Shown: positions 55,579-64,000 of the stretch, in pieces
Layout of the letters: every line of letters begins with the position of its first letter
How positions within the stretch are numbered: the first letter of the stretch is position 1
NCBI GenBank assembly: GCA_951406725.2
Contig: OX597814.1
Span: 175,522,001 to 175,586,000 of the forward strand
Reading direction: 5' to 3'
Source: Octopus vulgaris
Taxonomy: Eukaryota
DNA length: 64,000 bases
Position numbers and translations under genes: made by a program
The notes under the pieces: generated by a model
Databases searched by the model: none
What the model was told of the DNA's origin: nothing
The model's input: the letters and a program-made list of their open reading frames with translations, nothing else

Positions 55579-55791
55579 GGCGGCGAGCTGTCAGAATCGT
55601 TAGCACGCTGGACAAAATGTTTAGCGGTGTTTCGCACCGTCGCTACGTTCTGAGTTCAAATTCCGTCGCGGTCGACTTTGCCTTTTATCCTTTCGGGGTC
55701 GATAAATTAAGTACGAGTGAAACACTGGGGTCGATGTAATCGCCTCATCCTCTTCCCAAAAATTGCTGTCCTTGTGGCAAAATTTGAAACT
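55579..55791 (+). mobile_element. SINE family A with 15-bp TSD
   Basis: ATTATAAACCCAAAT at 55560-55574 and 55792-55806. Confidence 0.85.
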
Positions 55792-57171
55792 ATTATAAAC
55801 CCAAATGTAGAACTGAAAAAGAAACGGCCCTCCGAAGTATTCGAAGCTCCTTTCCATCGAGTTCAATCCGAAGTACTAGCCTGTACGCTGTTACGAAAAG
55901 TAAAAGCCAAATCTACTTCAAATAACACACTTGTACCATCTTAAACAAAGACACATTGTGTAATGTAGTCCAAGATACCATTTTAAAAATATAATGTTCC
56001 TGACGAGTAAGGTTTGTTTAATCAAGTTGATATAGGGTTTAACATTAACTCTGAATCAGAGCATAACACACCTCTATCTCAACAGAAGTACTGCGATTGT
56101 ATTCCTAAAACCCCACAAACTCTTGTAACGATTTTATCACTCACAGCATGAGAAACAACTAAAGCATCAAGGTGAAAGTATATAATTCATAAAATATCAC
56201 CAATCTATACTTTGTAAATTGCACCAAATTTACCGTAATGTAATATAAGCAGTCTAAAAATATTTTTAATGGGGTTAAAATATTTCACATTGCACACAGC
56301 ATTTGCTTTGTAATAAGATGAGGTATCATGCTCCGACATGAATGAATGAGACCCTCACAAACTTCTAAAAACCTCGTGAAACTATTTCTTCCAACGTGAA
56401 ATAAGATTTATAGTTCGTAAAATTTGTAAAAGTCACTGGACAAAATATATATTTGATAAAATTATTGTAGAAGGTGAAGTAAAATATATCCCTAAAATAC
56501 CATAAAAAGTACAACCTAAATTATGCAACTGAAATAGCCAATCTGAAGAAAAAAAAAAGCTAGGGATAATATCCTACATAGACGGTAATACCAGATACAA
56601 CAAAAACAAAACTCAGCTGTCAGAAATTAACATAATAATAACAAAGGAAATAAATCAAAGGAGAGCAGTAAACTGGCAAACATTTGTAACCAACATAAAT
56701 CATAAAACAAGCAGTAAAATATATAGAAAATAATTAGTAGCATCAAAAGCTATAAAAATGGCCATATTACATTATATGCTGCAACAAAACGTCGATTAAC
56801 ATATTCAGACTCCAACCACAAACAAATTCCTTTGACCATATACGTTTTTAAAATCGTTAGTCAAAACTACACAAGCACAATCTGTATGGTAAGATCGTCC
56901 TCCTACATAGACCGTGACTTCGACTCCTTTCAGTCGTCGGATAACAGAAAAACAAACGAGATGTCATGATGGCGCAAAATTCAAAACAATCGGAGACCGA
57001 CAAAATAGAAAAAAAAAATCATACACACTGCACATTGGGACTAGATGGAATTTTTTCCCCCGAACCAACAAATTTTACATTGTTAAACCTCAAAATTGGG
57101 TAATTGGGATGGAATTAAAACATTTCCACAACCAAAGCTGCCAACATAGACTCACCACCTTAAAAAGTGTA

Positions 57172-57697
57172 TATTGTAAATCCTCGAGTATAATCCGCAT
57201 TTTTTTCCCAAAATTTAAAGGTCAAAATCTCTAGTGCGTACTATATACGAGGTTAAAAATGAAAAATATTTTCTAAGCAATGTCCGAGTCTCTATTTGCT
57301 GTCCGGCAATGTTTATTCAGATGCATTTTGTGATGCTGGGTGCGAAAATACCTTAAGCTAAGCCTGAAAGCAATGAAGTCATAAAAGAATCATCCATAAC
57401 TTGCAGTAAGCAACATTAATTAAAATAAAAGTATTCAGAACACAGAATAACATGTAACAAAAACAATTTGCAAACATATTTACATTCCCATATAACAGTT
57501 AAGAACATCACCATTATTGTATTACGCATGCGCGGAAGTGTTTGTTCGACTAGGTACTGCTGGCTTAATAACGCAAGTCTCAAGTTAGAGAAGGGGTGCG
57601 TATTATACAAAAGGTTTAGGGTTTTCAGAGGTACAGCCCCCTAAAAATCCCCTGCGTATTATACTCAAGGGTGGATTATACTCGAAGATTTACGGTA
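57172..57697. mobile_element. Tc1/mariner-pogo type MITE with TA flanks
   Basis: Left TA-TTGTAAATCCTCGAGTATAATCCGC; right GTGGATTATACTCGAAGATTTACGG-TA; subterminal GCGTATTATAC repeats. Confidence 0.8.
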
Positions 57698-57843
57698 CTC
57701 AAAAGCATTTATAGACATATTCGTCTTTGACATCACAAAGCTCCATGTTCCTCTTCCCAGTTTAATTCATTGAACTGCAACACTACTCAAAAACCTGTTG
57801 AATAGAATACATACAGTTACCTCAACAGCAGCAACAACGAAGT

Positions 57844-58033
57844 GGAGGCGCAATGGCCCAGTGGTTAGGGCAGCGGACTCGCGGTCGTAAGCACGCGGTT
57901 TCGATTCCCAGACCGGGCATTGTGAGTGCTTATTGAGTAAAAACACCTGAGCTCCACGAGGCTCCGGCGGGATGGTGGTGGTGAACCCCGCTATACTCTT
58001 TCACCACAACTTTCTCTCACTTTTTCTTCCTAC
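57844..58033 (+). mobile_element. SINE family C, 3'-truncated
   Basis: Same head as 53465(-). Related heads or tails at about 2366-2480(+), 30733-31068(-), 32754-32975(+), 49560-49650(-) and 61285-61581(-). Confidence 0.85.
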
Positions 58034-58466
58034 TTCAGCCACAAAGCAGAGGAACCATGGTGTAACCCACTATACTGTGGTAAACTTTCAGACCCTAGTC
58101 TAGAGAGGTTATGAACTAGAGAAATGACTGCAAGGTCACCAAGACTGACCATGATTCGATGATGCTGTTCTAGATAACTACATAACAATCTCTATTAACA
58201 AAAGGTTATGCGACCAGGCTACTAACAGAATACAGTTGAGTGTAAGCATTTAATTCTCGGATTGAGAATATCTTGATGTTTATTGATGCTTCCTATGACA
58301 GTAACCAAAAAGTCCATATTTTCTCTTTACTTGTTTCAGAAGCGCTGCGAAAAGCCATGTACACTGTCCTCGTCTTCTGGCTGAAACAGAAACAAACAAA
58401 CAATTATAGGAAAGCTTTCACGATAAATGTCAATACAAGCACATTATTATCTATGCACTTCTCTAA

Positions 58467-58838
58467 GGCGGCGAGCTGGCAGAAACGTCAGCACGCCGGG
58501 CGAAATGCGCAGCCGTATTTCGTCTGCCGTTACGTTCTGAGTTCAAATTCCGCCGAGGTCGACTTTACCTTTCTTCCTTTCGGGGTCGATTAAATAAGTC
58601 CCAGTTACGCATTGGGGTCGATATAATCGACTTAATCCGTTTGTCAGTCCTTGCTTGTCCTCTCTGTGTTTAGCCCCTTGTGGGTAGTAAAGAAATAGGT
58701 ATTTCGTCTGCTGCTACCTTTTGAGTTCAAATTCCGCCGGGGTCGATTAAATAAGTACCAGTTCCGCACTGGAATCGGTGTAATCGATTTAATTCCTTCT
58801 CTAAATTTGAGGCCTTGTGCTTCCGCTACAAAGGATTT
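58467..58838 (+). mobile_element. SINE family A dimer with 16-bp TSD
   Basis: TCTATGCACTTCTCTA at 58450-58465 and 58839-58854. Confidence 0.9.
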
Positions 58839-59513
58839 TCTATGCACTTCTCTACGATGGAAGGAATAATACTCTAATATATGTAATAACTATTTCAAGG
58901 AGTTAAAATATCAGAAATGAATTTTTCAAGTGTTTCAAAAAGTTATATGTATGCAATTAAATTTATTTAGCGTATCACATTTTCCTATATCCGCATATGT
59001 AAAGAAAATATTTCTGCATCTTCGTGCTTTATTTAAGAGCTACAGAAGCACTAAAATATAAATGATAACAAGAAAAAAAATTAAATACGGAATAATTTTC
59101 ATATCACCTAAGTTTAAACGTTCATGTACTAATGTAACCTTAGCAGATGAAGAAAAATGAATGTAGCTGTTTCTATGTAACTATCTGTCAGTCTGTTTAG
59201 CTCTCTCTCTCTCTCTCTCTCTCGTTCTTCTAGAATATGTATGTACTTACCACTTTTTATTCTTTTCTCTTATGCTGTTTCTCTGTCTACCCAGCAACGT
59301 AATGATATAATTATCAGTTAGACTCTGCTGATGAAGCACAAAGATATAGTAACAGTCTGTTTCTATATACTGATATATAAGAAATACGAAATATTAAATA
59401 GATTTAAATTTTATTCGCATATATATATCTGACATTTGATTCAGTCGAAAAAAGATATTTTTCACTTCGTTTGCACTTCTCTGTTAAAGAAAAAAAAAAG
59501 AAGAAATAAAAAC

Positions 59514-59640
59514 AAAATGGCTCCCCAATCAACGCGCGGTTTTATGAGAAATAAAAAAAAATATAAAAGCGGCCATAACGAAGGAAATTCAAACGCTTAA
59601 CGACGTTCCCGATATGTGGGATATGGAGGCTAGCTCGCCT
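59514..59640. promoter_or_regulatory. Possible promoter-like island
   Basis: Local CpG enrichment with CAAAATGGC (YY1-like), CCAAT and TATAAAA within ~55 bp in otherwise CpG-poor DNA. Confidence 0.25.
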
Positions 59641-59764
59641 TTAGAAGATACAAAAAAGATGAAAACTGGCTGATAGTAAAAAGACGGGAAATATTGCAGG
59701 CCTTTGTGCCCTTCGCAACATTGTCGTTGTCGTCGTCAGTGTTGTCGCCGTTACCATCGGTAGT

Positions 59765-60330
59765 GTCCTTCTTCTCCTTATCTTTCTCTCCTTCTTCTCA
59801 TTACCTTTATCTCCTCCTCCTTCCTTACCTTTCACTCCTCCTCCTCATTACCTTTTTCTCCTCCTCCTCCTCCTTACTTTTCTTTCTTCTCCCTCCTTAC
59901 TTTCTCTTCTCCTCCTTACTGTTCTCTTTTCATTCTCATTATCTTTCTCACCTCCTCCTCCTCCTCCTCCTCATTTTTCTCTCCTCCTCCTCCTCCTCCT
60001 TCTCCTCATTTTCCTCTCCTCCTTCTCCTCCTTACCTTTCAATCCTCCACCTCATTACCTTTTCTATCCCTCCTCCTCTCCTGACCTTTCTCTCTTTCTC
60101 TCTCCCTCATTACCTTTCTCTCCCCTCCTTACCTTTCTCTCCTCCTCCTTACCTTTCTCTCTTCCTCCTTACCTTTCTCTCCACCTACACCTGTTCTACA
60201 CCTCTACACTCTAAATCATTACCGTTCTCTCCTCCTTTACATTACCTTTCTCTCCCTCCTTACCTTTCTCTCCTCCTCCTCCTCCTCCTCCTCCTTACAT
60301 TTTCTCTTCCTCTCTTTTCTATCCATCCAT
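59765..60330 (+). repeat. Polypyrimidine minisatellite-like tract (C(C/A)TTACCTTTCTCTCCTCCT-like units)
   Basis: ~560 bp almost purely C/T on the + strand with about 11 TTACCT motifs. Confidence 0.85.
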
Positions 60331-60944
60331 TCTTGTATCGCAGTAACAACTTTCACACAATTCTTTCTTCTACGCTTCTATATACTTTCTCGCCTCTTAA
60401 TATCTGTTTCCATACAGCTCTCTTCCTCTTTCTATTCTTTTCTCTGTTTTTCCATATTTTCTTGATTTTAATATCATCTACCACACATCGTTCCCTCTTA
60501 TGATCTATCATTTCATAACGCTCATTATCACCTTTCTATCCTCTCTCTAACTGTTTCTCTCTTCGTTCCCTTGATTCAGTATCAACTTACATGTCTCCCC
60601 TCTCTCTCCTCCTCTCGTCACACAAGCGGCCTCGTTTTGGTGTCTAGTCATTTTGTCTCTAGCCAAAATATTTTATTTCATTTTAGCGCATTTTACCTAA
60701 TCTGTTTAGGCTAACATATTAAAAGATCATCTGGGAATATTACTGGAATATCTGGTGTTTTATCAGAGAGGAGATTTATATCTCATATTTGCTTACCGCT
60801 ATGAAATAAAACAAAACAAAAAAAAACTGAACTGGGTACCAGGTTTTTGAAAAGACTCCTGGGACATTGGAAGCATTTATACGCATACAAACACGAACTC
60901 ACACACATATACACAAGCATACACACATTACACATATATACATA

Positions 60945-61203
60945 CAACAATCCCTCGCCATTTCGCAGTTCGCCTATCGCGGTTCTCTTATCGCGGTTCA
61001 CATATCGCGGTTCACATATCGCGGTTCACCTATCGCGGTTCTTATTTAAACTCACGACGATTCCTCTGTAGTGTTGTTTTGCATTTACAATAAAATAAAT
61101 ATATACAAATTATAAAAAAATTCAGTCCTGTTTTTACTTCGCAAATTTTCACCTATCGCGGGATTTTTGAAACGTAACACCCGCGATAGTCGAGGGATTA
61201 CTG
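60945..61203. mobile_element. Tigger/pogo-like MITE with internal 14-bp tandem repeats
   Basis: Left CAACAATCCCTCGCCATTTCGC; right CCGCGATAGTCGAGGGATTACTG; about five TATCGCGGTTC repeats at 60975-61041. Confidence 0.8.
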
Positions 61204-61679
61204 CATATGCATGCATTCATGCATACATACGTACACATACTTGTATACTTACACACACATACTCACACACATAGTGGGAGTAGTAGGAGCACTCCGTCAT
61301 TTACGACGATAAGGGTCCCAGCTGCTACGATCAACAGAATAGCTTGCTCGTGAAATTAGCGTGCAAGTGGCTGAGCACTCCAGACATGTGTACCATTAAC
61401 GTAGTTCTCAGGGAGATTCAGCGTGACACAGTGTGTGACATGGCTGGCCATTTGAAATACAGGTACTACTCATTTTTGCCAGCTGAATGGACTGGAGCAA
61501 CTTGAAATAAAGTGTCGCCGGGAATTGAACTCATGACCTTACAATGGTGAGCCGAATGCCCTAACCCCTAAGCCACGCACATTCACACATACACACAGAT
61601 ATATAATATCTCTGATAGATTATTGCCACGAGACATACATTTCAAAGATTGGCTGAAGAACTTTCAATATACTTAATAT

Positions 61680-61820
61680 TGGTTTTAAATTCTGGCACAA
61701 AGCCAGCGGTTTCGGGAGAGGGGCTAAGTCGATTACATCGACCCCAGTGTTCAACTGGTACTTATTTTATCGATCCCAAAAGGATAAATGACAAGTTCGA
61801 CCTCGGCGGAATTTGAACGC
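61680..61820 (-). mobile_element. SINE family A 3' portion
   Basis: Reverse-complement match to the family A body and tail. Further fragments at about 5470-5550, 7275-7330, 26490-26960 and 38050-38150. Confidence 0.75.
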
Positions 61821-62300
61821 CTACTTAGCATTTACCGTAGAAACCGACGCTGTTGTACACCTCTACACTCTAATTCCATAAGTGTTTGAAAAAAAACGTT
61901 TCTTTTTTTTTCTTATATGATCCTCCTACGTGCCACATCTGCGGTCCTATATAATGGAAACTGTATTCATTCGCACTTTCTCATTCATAAATGAACATTT
62001 ATACTCCGTTGATCCGTTGGGCTCTATCCGTTTTCTATCCCACAAAGGGACATAATTTACATGTGCGTCTCAATTATCAATTGATAGAGTCCGAGGTATA
62101 ACATAATAGTGAGCTCTAATATTCGTTTCTCAGTCAGCTTTGTACGTGAGTATACCTCTTTCATGTCCATGCCACTTTATGCATTAGTAATGACACCATT
62201 TACATGAACGGATATTTACACCGGGATGTATCATGGTAAGCGTCTTGAGAATAGCTTTTATCCATCCACCTATCCGTCCATTCATCCACCCATCACCCAT

Positions 62301-62376
<76 letters not shown>

Positions 62377-62438
62377 TGTATGTGCGTGTGTCTATACATG
62401 TATGTATGTATGTATGTATGTATGTATGTATGTATGTA

Positions 62439-62489
<51 letters not shown>

Positions 62490-62528
62490 ATGTATGTATG
62501 TATGTATGTATGTATGTATGTATGTATG

Positions 62529-62563
<35 letters not shown>

Positions 62564-62713
62564 TTATCTGTCTGTCTGTCTGTCTGTCTGTCTGTGTGCC
62601 TGTGTGTGTGTTTACTTGCCTGTCTGTCTGTCTGTCTATCCCCTCCTTTTCTCTCTCTCACTTTCTATAGTTCACTCTCTCTCTTTTTCTCTCTTTCTCT
62701 CTCTGTCTCTCTG

Positions 62714-62744
<31 letters not shown>

Positions 62745-62901
62745 GCATGTATGTATATGTATATATTTATAAAGATTCATTATTACATTTAGAGTATGAA
62801 TAATTGAAACCAATCAACCGAAACCATTATTGTCTGAAAGTTAAAATTTCCTCTATTGCGTTCACTCGATTATCCCACCAATGTGGAATGGGAAAATATA
62901 C

Positions 62902-62953
<52 letters not shown>

Positions 62954-63661
62954 CACATACATTTATATATATCCATGCACATATACATACACGAATACAC
63001 ATACACATGCACATGCAGAAACACAAACATATTTATCAAAGTATACAGTATTTTCGATCCATTTTAGCCGATCTTACCAACAGGGTTCGCACAGGGTATT
63101 AAATAACAGGACAGTATCTCAGAGGTAGCATGTATGGAAAGAATATAAAGACTGTTTTTTTTTTATTTTGGGAAATAAAAAACGTCACATCATTTTTGTC
63201 TGTGCCGTGGAAGGAGACAAAATGAAGTCACTGAAACCATATAAATTATGGCACTTAGCCCCAGAATATATGAAATGATGTAAGGTGGCAAGAGTTTGGT
63301 GAAAAAGTATGCAGGCGGCATAACAGGATAGTATTTATGACGGGTTGGAATATGTGTAGAGGTTTTATGTTTAGTTTTTTTTTTGAAAGGGTATAGAGGC
63401 ATTGGGCAAGTCCGATGTTTGGCGCATATGTTTATGTGTGTCCACGTAAACTTCTTATGATTAAACTCTTTGTTAGGTTCTAAGGTTATAATAGTAGGAT
63501 GGCTCAAGAGGTGGAAAATCTAGAGATAATAGTCATGATGGGGTTCGTAGGTGAGACAATATATACTTACTTTCATAAGGGCAAGGCCTAAAACTTTCAT
63601 TCCAGCAGTTTAGGTACAGTCCGGGAGCTGAGAATGTTTTAATATCATTCTTTTCTCGGCT

Positions 63662-63996
<335 letters not shown>

Positions 63997-64000
63997 CATA

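Noticed and set aside
56100-58200. A-rich stretch suggestive of a very old LINE, interrupted by the MITE and a SINE
   Set aside because: Only isolated fragments (a GLDGI-like word); family and boundaries cannot be supported.
59326-59395. CTGATGAAG...GAAAT hammerhead-like words
   Set aside because: Stems I-III cannot be formed convincingly.

Overview
AT-rich, microsatellite-saturated animal genomic DNA. The tRNA-derived SINE families and the (TA)n/(GA)n/(CA)n/(TATC)n load suggest an octopus or other coleoid cephalopod genome; this is an inference. No host protein-coding gene is recognisable, and almost all listed ORFs are microsatellite artefacts. The centrepiece is an apparently intact, young non-LTR retrotransposon (CR1/L2-group LINE, about 40539-46296) lying between two (TA)n tracts. 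It has a ~1.3 kb modular AT-rich tandem array (about 18 cores) upstream of ORF1. ORF1 combines a Myb/SANT(trihelix)-like domain with a CCCH zinc finger. The overlapping -1-frame ORF2 (APE endonuclease + RT, no stops) opens just before a U-rich slippery heptamer. A structured 3' end with an (AATC)8 tail is shared with truncated copies, a sister LINE family and one SINE family. The rest of the window is TE debris: Penelope-like relics and short repeats carrying minimal hammerhead-ribozyme motifs (about 8 loci), R4/Dong and CRE-like RLE relics, mariner/Tc1 relics, several MITEs, and three SINE families, some with clean TSDs. There is also a candidate non-coding spliced transcript on the minus strand at about 50.5-54.5 kb.
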